DNA from: Paramecium tetraurelia | Taxonomy: Eukaryota | DNA length: 64,000 nucleotides | Assembly (NCBI GenBank): GCA_000165425.1 | Contig: CT868026.1 | Span: 186,001-250,000, forward strand | Reading direction: 5' to 3' | The notes under the pieces: generated by a model | Database searches by the model: none | Told to the model about the DNA's origin: nothing | The model's input: the letters and a program-made list of their open reading frames with translations, nothing else | Position numbers and translations under genes: made by a program | Shown here: one piece after another, positions 51,501-64,000 of the stretch | How positions within the stretch are numbered: the stretch's first letter is position 1 | Layout: every line of letters begins with the position of its first letter

Positions 51501-52932
51501 TCAAGTTTATCCAGAAACCACCATTAATTCGATTTAGATGGTGGAATCTGTTTCATTGGATTAAGAATGAGTAGAATTTCTCTGTTTTGATTTATTTGTA
51601 AAATACAAATAGATCAGAGAAATAAAGCCAATAATTGATAATAAAAGTAGCAAAGAGTTCACCTTTTGATAATTTTCGTAACTCTCCACGCTTAAAATAT
51701 TGGCAACAATATATGAAAAACAAGTCAATTCTAAAATAATGAAAATTAATACCTAAATTAATACAGCTATATATTAATCCGAATCCAGTGGCTACCATAT
51801 GTGATGGCACAATATTGGGAATGTATGGCCACATAACTGCAAAATAAACTCCAAAAAAGAGTCCATTAAGAATACTTCCAATCAAAGGAAATATTAAACA
51901 TGGAGACTCGAACTCTGGCAAAATTTAGTACATTATCAAGGTGAGTAATTGACAACTACAAGCAATTATTAAAATTTCAATGTCTCTTCCTATTCTTTAT
52001 AAATAATAGCCGACAATTGGACTTAGTAAAGCTGAGAGATAATAAGGAATACTAAACAAAATATTCGCCGTATTCTGATCTAATTTAAAGCTATGATATA
52101 ATTATATAAACAATACTTCTCTTTAAACATTTCTACAGAATTGTAGCTGAAGATAAAAAAAACTGAATAGCATGTTGCACAACTTATTAATGTTATATAA
52201 AATTCTAAACTAAAATTTTTGATTTATCTCAGATCAATGCTTTCCAGTTTTTGATCCTCGACTTTATCTCTCATATCGCTAAATCTGTCTATTTAAGTCA
52301 GAATTATAATTGTAATAAAACTAAAAATTGCGATTTTAAAGCACATAAGCAGGCATTTTGATAAGTCACTGTCAGATGCTGAATATAAGAATGGGTATAA
52401 TATTGAAGCAGTTATTGATCCGATTCTGCAGAGAGCAGTATCGATACTATATTTATTTATAAATAATTACCCATATGCAAGTGAATTTTCTTTATCTTTG
52501 AACCACTTATTAATGTAATAACTCTCTGCTACACATCCACTTGACTCAAATATCCCAAATACAAATCTTCCGATGATCATTAATTTAAAACTGTGCAAAA
52601 ATACCGAAAATAAGCACAAAACTAAATGTGGTTATAATTATTATCATACATTAGCCAAGGATTACTACCAATGCAAAAAGCACATATGATCTTCTAACGC
52701 CAAAGGCATCAATTATTAAACCTCCTACTAAAGTCATGACCATGTTTGGAAGTGATTCAAATAAAAGTAAATAATTGACATCTTCTTGTGTGACCTAAAA
52801 ATAGTCCTTAATTTATTCTCCCAATAACGCAGGAAATTCAGCTATTAGGAATTGTGCTAATGGATAAACACCAATTAGACATAATACAAACCATCTTAGA
52901 TTGGTTTCATGCCAAGAGAGTGCTTTGACCAT
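51501..52932 (-). CDS. Major facilitator superfamily transporter (MFSD1-like)
   Basis: SWHETNLRWFVLCL, GGLIIDAFGVRR (MFS motif A-like), IIGRFVFGIF, KWFKDKE, WPYIPNIVP...TGFG. Confidence 0.85.
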
Positions 52933-53302
52933 TATTTAATAGTATTTAAAAACTTAAATTTAAAATTAAATGATCTTATTAAATTAAATTATTTAAAAAT
53001 CGCTTTATGATCATTAATTGGAAATTTCCTAAGTAGGATAAAAGTGTATAATTTACAACAAAAAAAGAGCAAAATTAAACAAGATCAGTACTTTTTTCAT
53101 TTAAAAATAAAGTATATGAATTTAATTTTCTCTTACCTGAATTTTATTGGCAAAATACAATATTTTGTTATTCAACAAAAATAAATCAAATAACTTAATT
53201 TAAACCCTAATTATATGGTAAATCTATATTAGATATATAAAGAATATTTTAGATTTGAAAGTAAAAAGATACTGTAAAATAGATAATTCATAAAAATTAA
53301 TT

Positions 53303-56300
53303 TCAATTTGCTTCTAATCTAATTATCTTTTAAACATTTTAATCTAGACCTAATAGTGTTTGTCTAGACGTCGACTAAGAATTTAATAAATTCAAGAGGG
53401 ATCTTATTTTTAATAAAATATATACTTTTATGATTCTAATTAAAATTTAGATATCTGTATTAAATGAATTCTTAATTTTATTAAGTTAGTTTTTAATTTT
53501 TTTTCTCTTTACTTCATTTAAATTAATTTTCTGTTTACGTAAAGAGTGAGGTTTTAATTGCAATTTAATAATTGTAAAGCTTTGTGTAAATTACTTATAA
53601 ACGGTATTTTGTATTTCTTATAATAGACTCTTAATAAATCAATAACAAATGGATAAGTTAACTTCAAACAAAGTATAATCAATAACATTTCAATCATAAC
53701 AGAAGCAATTTTGTTTTCTTATTATTCACTTATATATTTAATTGAAGCTAAGAAGATTGCAATGGAACATATTTATCCTGTTGATACATCTAGCTAGTTT
53801 AAGTTTTTGATAATATAAGGTTTTTATTTAACTGCATACAATTGATAAAGTAGTAAACATAATCCAAGCAATGAAGCCTTCACAAATATGTTTGTTTCAA
53901 AATATGTCATAATAAGAATAATGACTGTTTTCTTCCACAATTTGATCCATTCCCAAAAGTAAGTTTCATTGTTATATTCATTGAATAGATAACAAATATG
54001 TTTTCGAAAATTGATTTTGTCAAGCTTTTCTCGTTAAATGTACAGAAGCAGAAATAGAGCAGAGGGGATGAGACATCCAATCAATCCTAATCCGGGCAAA
54101 GCAAAACCAAACATCCAATTTTTATGGTTGGTTGAATTAAATAATAAAGATACATCTCCTGATATATATTCTATATTGGAGATAACCCTCTTTGCCAACA
54201 AGGAAAAGAACCTAAAAAATTATCATATTCATTTACTGTTTTATCAAGGCAGCATAGTTTTAAACATATAAATACAAGAGTGCTGTCGATATTAAGCTGC
54301 TATTAAACTTTCTCTTTTTGATGGTTGAATACAACTTAAACCCCATGTATATAATTAATAGTTAGGCGATCATCAATACAATCATGGTTATCATTCTACT
54401 ATAAATTAGATGGATATTATAGATCTCGGATAAGTAGCAATCCAAATTATTAGCCATAAAGAATGATGTGTTGTTTGTCTAATTAATGAAAGTGAATGAA
54501 AAGGAAAATTCACATATTAAAAGTAAATATTACTGAAAATATCCATACATAATTGAGAAACAATTTAAGTAGGATGCTCTCATGATCTAATTATCATAGG
54601 AAAAATACCTTGATTAAGTTTGAATATAATTTTCACATACTTTTGTCTCACTTTCAATGAGGAAAATAATTTATTCGATGTATCGATGCTTCGTAAAGTT
54701 AAAAGAGTGGAAATAAGGGCCCTATTATATCATCTTAATATGTAATACCATATTGTTGTGGCAATAAAAGGTAAAACACTATTAACGGCATCTGTACAAT
54801 CTTGGCAAGTCATATTTATCAAATTTTTAAAATAATTTCCATGACCTCTGATATCATAAATATCACATTCTTCACACAAACCTCCAATGTGACCTACAAC
54901 ACATAAGTGATCTGACACTACCCATCCTCCTTCGCAAAAATTCACAAACTTAAAACAATACTCAATATAATCAGATTAATAATCAGGTCTCCAATACCCC
55001 TGCTTAAGTTCAATCTAATTTGATGTTACGGATTTAAATTTATTTTAATCAAAAATTGAACATTTTGTAGTGTTGTACGTTACTGAGTAATATCCTTAAC
55101 TTGGTTAACATATTTAACAACCAGATTAAACATAAAACTCCCCTAATTAACACTTAAAGCCTTTGATTTCTATATTATATAACAAATCATCAGTTTAATC
55201 ATTCAGATGACAAGAGATTTAAATTTAATTGGTGTAATTATTTAATTGGTACGGATCAGCAGTAATTGATAAAAAGCTTAAATCAAAGCTTTTAAATTCT
55301 GAGTTGTATTCTACAGTTGTAATATTGGTTGAATCAATGAGAACATTGTTCTATAAGGTTTACCTAGAGATCTTGCATGAGGCATTAGAAAAATTAGGTA
55401 ATATTTCGTTTAGACTATTCTTGTATGCTATTGAGAATTCATCTATATACTAATCAAATTTAAGTAAAGATGGATTGTATATATTATAACGAATAATTTC
55501 TTAATTGCTGGGAATCATTAATATTCTAGTTTATTATACTCTTCCTTGTTCCATTACTCGATAGGGCTGCAAATATAAACTATTTACAATAATATTGTTG
55601 ATCTTTTTCTCTATGGTATTCATTTCAAAGTTATTGATTGACAAAGTTAAATGAGTGGGCTTTTCTTAAAGATTATTTGGAATTTGAGATGCAGAATTCA
55701 ATTTCATCCAGGAATTAATAAAATTCTCAGAATTTAAATTACTATTGCCATGTAAGTAAATTCCTCCTCCTTATGAAGCTTAGTTATTGTAAATTATAGT
55801 TTGAGCTATTTTGAATTCGTTGTTATTCAATGATAGATAGAGAGCGCCTCCTTATTAAGTAGCAATATTTTTTAAAAATTTCGAATTGACAAGAGTAATC
55901 CTTACATTTTCAGTTGCAATTGCAGAACCAATAGTGCCATTATTCATCATAAAGAGTGAATTCTTTATCACTAATTTTGTTTCTTATTAAGTTGAAGATT
56001 TAGCAAATATACATCCATAGTTCCTTATATTATTCTTCAGGCAATATGCTTCTACAATTTTAATTGAATAATATTATGTCAAATCAAATTAGATTATTCC
56101 ATTCCAACATTATAAGCATTGATTGTTTGATATTAATAGCTAAGCTAATTTAATTTTATTTTGAGAATGTGTACTTTAAATATGAATCAAAGCACCTGTT
56201 TCACTTGATTAGTGTAAAATTTGTTCAAATATCCACGCAACTTGAGTAGGAGCAGTAAAAACTTGATTCAATAATTGAAGATTGATATTGCAATTATTGT

Positions 56301-59300
56301 AATCTAGAGATATTTTTGAATATTCAATTATATTAGTATTTAATTTACTGAAATCAAATGAAGCCATATTAAGAATTTTAATATCTTGTAAAACAACTTA
56401 GTAAGAAATGGATATTGTTTGCCCAATATGAACCATATTAATTGGGTAAAAGGATTTAGCATTCAAAACTAGGAGATTTGACACATGTAGAGTTTATGAA
56501 TCCAACACTTTTAGTAGTGAAGACAATAAAATTCCTGAAAATTTTAAAGATTAAATATTTAAACTGCATCCTTATATATTAATAATAGCATTATCATTTG
56601 ATATTTTCTAAATGTCATAGATGCTTAGAGATTCCATTTTTTAGAAATATTAAACCAATTAGTTTTCATCTTGAAATATTGAAATGTTCTTCAAAGTAAC
56701 AATATTCGTTTTAAGAGTTAATAGTTAAAACTCTATCTTCATGAATTAGTTTATTAAAGAGAAGCAATTTTAAATAGCTATGTTTTGAAATGTTATTAAA
56801 TTAGACTTGAGGGATGGAATCAATGAAAGTATGGATGAGGCCAATCTATTTTGTATATCTTTAAAGTTCACATTTTTGAATTCTAGTTCTAAAAGACTAT
56901 TTTTTGAATAAATTGATATAGCTCCGTCATTGTCCCCAATTTAGGAGAATATATTTTATGATGATTCTATCTAACAGTTTGTTATAGTCACCTTGCCTAG
57001 TCCCTGAGTGACAACATCAAGTATAGAACTACTTTGAGCCAATATTTCCTTAAAAACACAATTGTTAATTATAAATTATTCTGTTACAATAACCAGAGCT
57101 CCTCCTTTATTTTAGATTGTAAATGCTTTATTAATCAAGTGGTTGATGATATCTTAGTTAAATTTTTCCTTCAAATCTAGGTTGTAATTCTTATTCCAAA
57201 ACGATGAGTTTAATTAGTTATGATTATTAATACCAATATTATTTATTTTGATGGAGTTCGTATTGATGTAAATAAAGGGATTAGTAGAATTAGTTAATGC
57301 ATTGTTTTATGAGGTTAAATGATTTATGTATAAAGAGCTAGATTAAGAATTAATCAGTAGTAGACTTGAAGTAGTTTGGGAAGGATCATCAAAAAGTTGA
57401 TTGAAGCTATTATCCTAAAATTAAATATTCTCCATTTCTATTATCTAAATCTTCTCGGAATATATAGTTAATTATGATAATACTAGACCTAAATTCCTTT
57501 TTACTAAAATATTTCCTATAAATTTTAAGCCTTTAAGTTTAATGTTCTCTCTCTAATTTGTCACTGATGAATTGGATAAAATTTAGATAAAAGATTAATC
57601 CACACTGTACTGATTGATAATTTCAATATTTGTTAAGGATAGAGATGAGTATCCTGAAATGTAAAATAGTTATGAATTTTTCAATGTAACTTATAAACAT
57701 TCAATAGATGCAGGCACTTGATATCTCTGTATTTTATTAGCATATGATAAATCTTCAACGCTAATCTAAGTAACACTTTATAGAATAAAGTATTAAAGAT
57801 GAAAGGAATTTATTATTTCAAATTTCTTTATCTCTAAACTAAAACAATTAATATGAAATAGATAAGCAGATGAATTTTATGCATTTGAAATACCATTTTC
57901 TAAGAAATTAATATTGTATAATTTAACTTCTCCTTAATTGAGTGTTGTTTATTACGTTGTGAAAATAAGAGAAGTGTTAACAAGAACATTGTTTTGAATG
58001 TCAAATTGATCGATTAATAAAGTTGCAGTTGATATTAACTTATAAAACAAAAACGTCTAATTTAAATTACAATCCTCCAACTTCAATTACTTAATAATTA
58101 GACTATTTTAAAAAACTAAAAACTTTGAATTTTCAAATTTATTTGAAATAAATGTAACTTCTGCTAAATCAATATAATAAGTGTCTGTCCCATTAATTAG
58201 TTATGAGTTTTATATAAGAGAGTTTCTAATTTTAAAATCATTAATGTTAATAATCGATTAGGTGTTACTGTCTTATTTAAAATCAAAAATTGTGGAGTTA
58301 ATAAACTAACAATTTTCGATTGTAAGATTTTAAATAAAGCTGTTTTTAGGAAGTGAGTAAAACTAAAAAATGATTGTTTGAGAAAAATTACAGTTTCGAA
58401 TTGTTAGATCTTGTATTTTAATAAAACTAACTTCATCCTGAAATCTAATCTAAAAAGCTATGGAATTTAATATGTTCAAATCGCTTAATGTGATATTCCT
58501 GATCTCAAAATGTTAACACTTTTCTGTCTAAACTGTCATATATATTGAATCTTGGTTGCTCGCAAAAAACGTAGAATCAGTCAGTTTTATATTAGTAGGA
58601 TAATAAGTATTATGAATATATATCTCCAATGATTCCATGACAAAATATAACAGGTGGTTGAGATTTATGGAGTCAAAGTCTTAGAATAAAATTCCTGATG
58701 GAAAAGTAGTTGGTAAATCATCCCCTTATAAAATCATCTCTGTCCATTATAAGGAAATAACTCTTGCTTATAATTAATTAAGTATCTTTAATAGATACGT
58801 AAATCTTATGGGACATAAATCTTGAATAAGAATGATTAAGTTAAATCTTTGGGCACCGATTTGATTGAAGTATTCAAAATTGAATTACTCTAAAAATCTC
58901 TCTAATTCATCAAATATTTCTAAACAATTATATTTGATCTAATTACTTATCTATATATACTTAATAGGAGATGATATTGTCACAAATACCATCAAAACAA
59001 TATTTCGCAACTTATTAATAAGGATCAATCATTATATTTTTTTCTTTCGTTTATTGGACACATTTATATGTATATTTTTTATTTGAGTCATTTATTACAA
59101 AGGCGGGATTAAGGTTCTAAAATTGGGATATATATTATACCTTGATCTCTTCTATTGTCCTTTCTTAACAAACCTAACATAGCAAAGAGCAAGTAATGCA
59201 TAGTCCTTTTTCTATAGTCCTTAAAGGTTCCATGTAATAACTCTAGGTACATTTTCCACAAGTAAATCCATCGGCGGCATTTGTTTCCTTTTGACAAGTA

Positions 59301-61986
59301 GCACAATTTGAATCGCAATATTTTCTACAGAAATTTTGGTTTAATGAATATTGATCTATACATTTGATTGCAATAGGACTAATGTATAATATATCAGTAG
59401 ACTAAGGATACAGATATTTATTTGGTAGAAATTACATCAAAAAGCTTTGTATTAATTGCATCCATGCATCTAAATTAGTATAATCTCCTTCTATACACAA
59501 TTTAGAATATTGTAATTCACAAATTGTACAAAATCCAGTAGTAAGAGAACTTGAATACCCGTCTTCACAAACAATGCATTTTACAATTGATTAGGGTGTT
59601 TAAATACATTATTTACACTTAGATATATATTTTTAACAGTTTATTATCTCAGGAGCAACCTTAAAGTCTTATATCGCTGATAGAGTACATAGTTCTTGTC
59701 CTGATTAATTTATAAACGATCTCAAACAATTGGTCAAGGTTGGTTCTTTATAAATACACTTACTTTATGTGAAATCAAATATAAATCCATCCAGACATAA
59801 TGCACACCCTATTTTATGAAACTCATCTATTTTAAAAGCTTAAAAATCATTATAGAGTGTGCATTTTGTTAGATCGTTACTTTCATATTCAAAACAAAAC
59901 TGACAATTCTCTATTTAACATAAATTACAACCCTTTTCAGATGTTATGTAATAAGGAGCATTGCAATCATTTATTTATCTTATTCCTCGAGGGGTTATCA
60001 CACAAACTCCATCTTTTAATTTTGCTACTCTTGAACATTTTATACAAATTTATTTGGTTAATAACATTTAACAAATCAAACAGTTTTGAAGAGTACAAGG
60101 ATAAAAGTCTAAATCTGAGCTGTAGTATGAGTAAAGAATAAGAAAATTCTTATTAGTTATTTCAAAATCTTAGTATATTCTTTCAATTTGATCTTAATCC
60201 TCAATAAAATCCTTTTATGATGGCTTAATCTCCATTCCATCAAATATATAATAAGTCTTAAATTTATCAACTTTATATTGTGCTGGGCTTCCAAGATCAT
60301 CAATGTAGAGATTGGTTTAACAATACGGATCATTATGCCACCCTTTAGGATTTTAAATACATTCTAAACATGTCATCAAGCTATCCTTTATCAAAGAAGG
60401 GCTAAGTTTAATTACAATATTAAATACCATTTTAAGCAAAATTAATCTTAATTAAAATATCCTTAGCGACAGTTTGATGTTGAGTCTTATTCAAATCCTG
60501 AATTTAGAAATAAATTATAGCTCTCCATACCCTTACATTCTTATTCATCAATATAATTATTTGGGCATACGCATACTTTATATTATTCAAGATAAACTCT
60601 TTTTGATTCTTCTGAACAAGACAAACAATCTTTATATGTAGGGCCTTCACATTCTTAGCAACTATAATGACATCCTGTGATAATATTATCATCAGATGCA
60701 GCATTACTAAATCTCAAATTTTTTAGAGCACCAGTCAAGTAATTAGTCGCTGATTATAAAAGATTTCCATATTATAATTTAAATTAAACTTCATGGAAAT
60801 GATTAACTTAAAATTAAGTCTCATGCAGAGTTTATTCCAAGCCTTAAAAAAATGTTATTGAGACTTTTAGAATATTTTAGTCTAAAGACACATATAAGAA
60901 ATGCCATAATTTTATATTATTAATGCTCCAGTCTTTTGATAATAAAAAACCTGACTTCTCAAAATCGTAATCAACAAGCGGTAATGTATAGCTATAAGTA
61001 GTTACAAGTAGTTTGATTTATGAATTTGAGAATTCATAAAATAATTAAAAAGCTGATAAATTTTCATTTTTCGCATAGTTATTTTCAAAGTTTGCTGATA
61101 TTTTAATCAATTAATAAATAAATTATTAATCTTCTTGTCGGAAATCTGATATTCGGATCCAAGCTTCCAAAGAAAATCCATCACAATTTCTATTTTCTGA
61201 AGCGAATACTTCCTGGTTTAATTTGAAAATATCAAAATCTTGTAAACTTTATTCTGAGTTATCTACTTGTGTGCATTCCGGGTGATAATCATTTGAAAAA
61301 CTTAAGAAAGTTTCAAATCCTATTTCATTTACTAATTAATTTCCTACATTTGGATGAAGTATTGATAATTTCCCAGGAAAATAAGAAAGCGTTGATATAT
61401 CTTGGTTCCAGAGCTACTAGGATTCTTCTACAACTAATCCTCCTCCAATAACAAACTTTAGATCGGAATCCTTGAAAATACCTTTTATAACATGTTGCTA
61501 AATTGCTATTGTAGTTTCCCTTTGAAATATATAAACATCAATAATTCCTTCTGATGGTATCAGATTTAGACAAAAAAAATACCAATAATTTTCATATATC
61601 AAAGGATCGATTTCAAATTTATAAGTGTATATTTAATTATCACTGCCCAAGAACTAAACCTTCTTATAAACAGTATTTGTTGATTGATCAACGCAATCAT
61701 AGTAGAGTAAGTTTATTTACAAATTTGTGTATTCTGAAATAGAGCTTAACAAATAGCAGTGACTATCAAACATTCCTATCAATCCAACTTAGGAAATTAT
61801 ACTTAAAGGAAGGTATTTGCTCCAAATCCCATAATTAAAGTAATCAAGCTTAGCAAAGTCTACTCCACCAGTATTGATTGTAAATGCATAATATTATTAT
61901 TACTCATTTAAGGCTTCGAAGTAAAACGAAAGCACAAAGTTTTTATGATATAGGCCTAATAAGAAAGTTACTAAGAAATTATGCAT
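53303..61986 (-). CDS. Giant Cys-rich surface/membrane protein (furin-like repeats, beta-helix-like region, C-terminal multi-TM domain)
   Basis: N-terminal hydrophobic leader, YGIWSKY, CXXC repeats at about 59200-60700, Asn/Ile-rich repeats with GGA/GGG motifs, GYWRP, GHIGGLCEECD and several C-terminal TMs. Integrity was not verified codon by codon; the 3' end is approximate. Confidence 0.75.
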
Positions 61987-63412
61987 AAAGAATTAAAGTT
62001 TTGAATTTAATTCAAATAACTATTATTCAAGAGTTTAAATATGTCTAAAGAAAGGGTAATGGCTGCATAATTTTACTAAAAATCACCTAGTTTAAAAAGA
62101 GATTAGGAATTTATTAATATCAATGATTGCTTGTTATTTCAATTAACTTGATTTCTTATTTCACTATTCTCAAAAATTAAATTATGAATTTAAGCACAAT
62201 CGGACAATCAAATACTTTAAAGTTTTGTATTAGAAAATAAAATATATATGTAAGGAAATCAATTATTTATTAAAAAGTAAGTAAGGAGTAATTTCTTAAC
62301 GAATATTAACAGTTTAAACCTGTTGAATAATCAGATAAATTTTTATAAAAAAAAATATATATTTCAATCAATTATTACACTTTTATTTTTTTGATATTTA
62401 ATTATAATTCGTTTTAATTATCAATGCTCCATATAAGTTGTTGATAATTAATTTCGATAGTAATTGATTTAATTCCTTTTAGTTATTAGATGTTAAATTT
62501 TCGACAACTCATCTCTTAATACTGTGTAAATTAAAAGAAGTTTTAGATTAATGAAAATATTTTTTGAATCTTTTGATTGCTTAAATATTCTTTATGGTCT
62601 ATTGTTCAATCCATTTAACTATCAAATATAATTTAGAAATTGCTGACTTTGATTGGGAGAAAACAGAGCAGATAAGAAAATATTCCATAAAATAAAATAG
62701 GATGTTATTTGATGTTAAAGATCGTCACTACCATAGAAAACATTCTTTTAATATTTTTCATTATAAAGAGCATTTTCTTAGGATCAAGTTGTAATATTCA
62801 TAACTGTCTGGCTTGAATCATTTTCTATGACAGAGAATAAAGATTTATATCAATTTTAAACTAATTTTATATTTCATCGATATGATCTTAAGATTAAGGC
62901 TTAAATATCTTATTTACTATAAATATAAGCTAAGTTAGAGAAATCTAAAGAATAAAATAAGAAACTAATTACAGAGGAATATATTGATAAAACAACAATA
63001 GAATTAATGTTAATGCTGAAATCCTTGATGAACGGATTTAATACTAAGTGGCTTTCTTCAAAATTTAATGATTTAGTTGTTATTCTGTTTTCTATCAATT
63101 TTCCATGTATAATCAATATCAAGGTTAATTCCTAATCAATACTTCTTTGCCAAAGATTCTTGATAAAAAGTTAATTTGTTTTTTTTCCTAAAAGTTGTTT
63201 TTTATGCTAAAACTTGAGGGTTTCTTAAGAAAAAGACCTGATTAATAATAAGAATAAAAGTTTTCCATACTAACTTCACTTAAAGGTTATTGCTTACATT
63301 TTCTTATTATTTAATTAATTTGTTTATATAAAAATAGTTTTATTACAATAAAGTGATTACCCTAAATGGAGAAAATTTGAAAAAATTAATTTTTCATCCT
63401 TAAAAATAACAT

Positions 63413-64000
63413 TCAATTCTTTATTGTATATTTTCTTACTTGAATGTTCTTTGATACACCATCCAAAAATAATCAAATACTCTCCATCTTCACTGACTGT
63501 TCCGAATATCCAAGGATTGTAAGCTTCATTAAAAACGATAACTTATGTTAATTAAAATTGCTATTCTGATTTTTTGTATTGCTCTTCTGTTTGGAATTCA
63601 AAATGTTTTAAGATATTTAAGGTGTTTCCGCATTTACTGAATAATATTTTCTTTTAAGTATTATATATCTAGGGGAAATAATACATGCAATCTTCAAGGT
63701 TAAGTTAAATTTAAAATTCTTTATCTTTAATAAATGATTCATTTACAAGGATATAGTAATGAATTTAAGATTCTCCATAAGGTTAAAAAGTAAAAGAATC
63801 ATTATTAATAAAGCAAATTCGATATCCATGTTTTTAAACCTAGATTTTTTATTTAACTATCCAAATGAACTCTGATGAGGAAATTGGTTCCATAACTAAT
63901 ATTATTCCATCCTTTCCTGCTGATATTACTTTTGAACCATCGTTGTTAATTGATAATCCAACAACACATTTGATATGCTCAGAAATAACCTGTAAAAATG
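63413..64000 (-). CDS. 3' end of a WD40-repeat protein (gene begins beyond the window)
   Basis: EHIKCVVGLSINNDGSKVISAGKDG and IFGTVSEDGEYLII; possible frameshift near 63467. Confidence 0.65.

Noticed and set aside
1..64000. Most short ORFs in the supplied six-frame track as independent genes
   Set aside because: The track treats TAA/TAG as stops; the entries are fragments of larger ciliate-code genes or antisense/off-frame shadows.

Overview
AT-rich, gene-dense eukaryotic DNA from a ciliate macronuclear chromosome, most likely Paramecium (inference). Long reading frames open only when TAA/TAG are read as Gln with TGA as the sole stop. Genes are interrupted by about 20-30 nt GT..AG introns and intergenic gaps are often under 100 bp, so the supplied standard-code ORF track shows only fragments. 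About 30 genes were reconstructed by hand. They include SF3A2, beta-COP, a class I cyclic nucleotide phosphodiesterase, a CTD/NIF phosphatase, a MORN protein, an ACBP-ankyrin protein, kinases, an MFS transporter, a small Tim chaperone, a VIT-vWA protein and a giant Cys-rich membrane protein. Highlights: (1) an intronless bacterial/phage-type GH108 lysozyme recoded to the ciliate code, lacking a signal peptide and ending in PKKK; (2) a P-type ATPase that has lost its catalytic and ion-binding motifs; (3) an SK-type channel with a non-canonical selectivity filter; (4) a cluster of four microprotein genes; (5) decaying relics, namely a Sec61-alpha pseudogene, a tRNA-Ser relic with a UAA anticodon and single-base frameshifts. 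All calls come from manual translation and motif recognition; no database searches were run, and exon boundaries of long genes are approximate.
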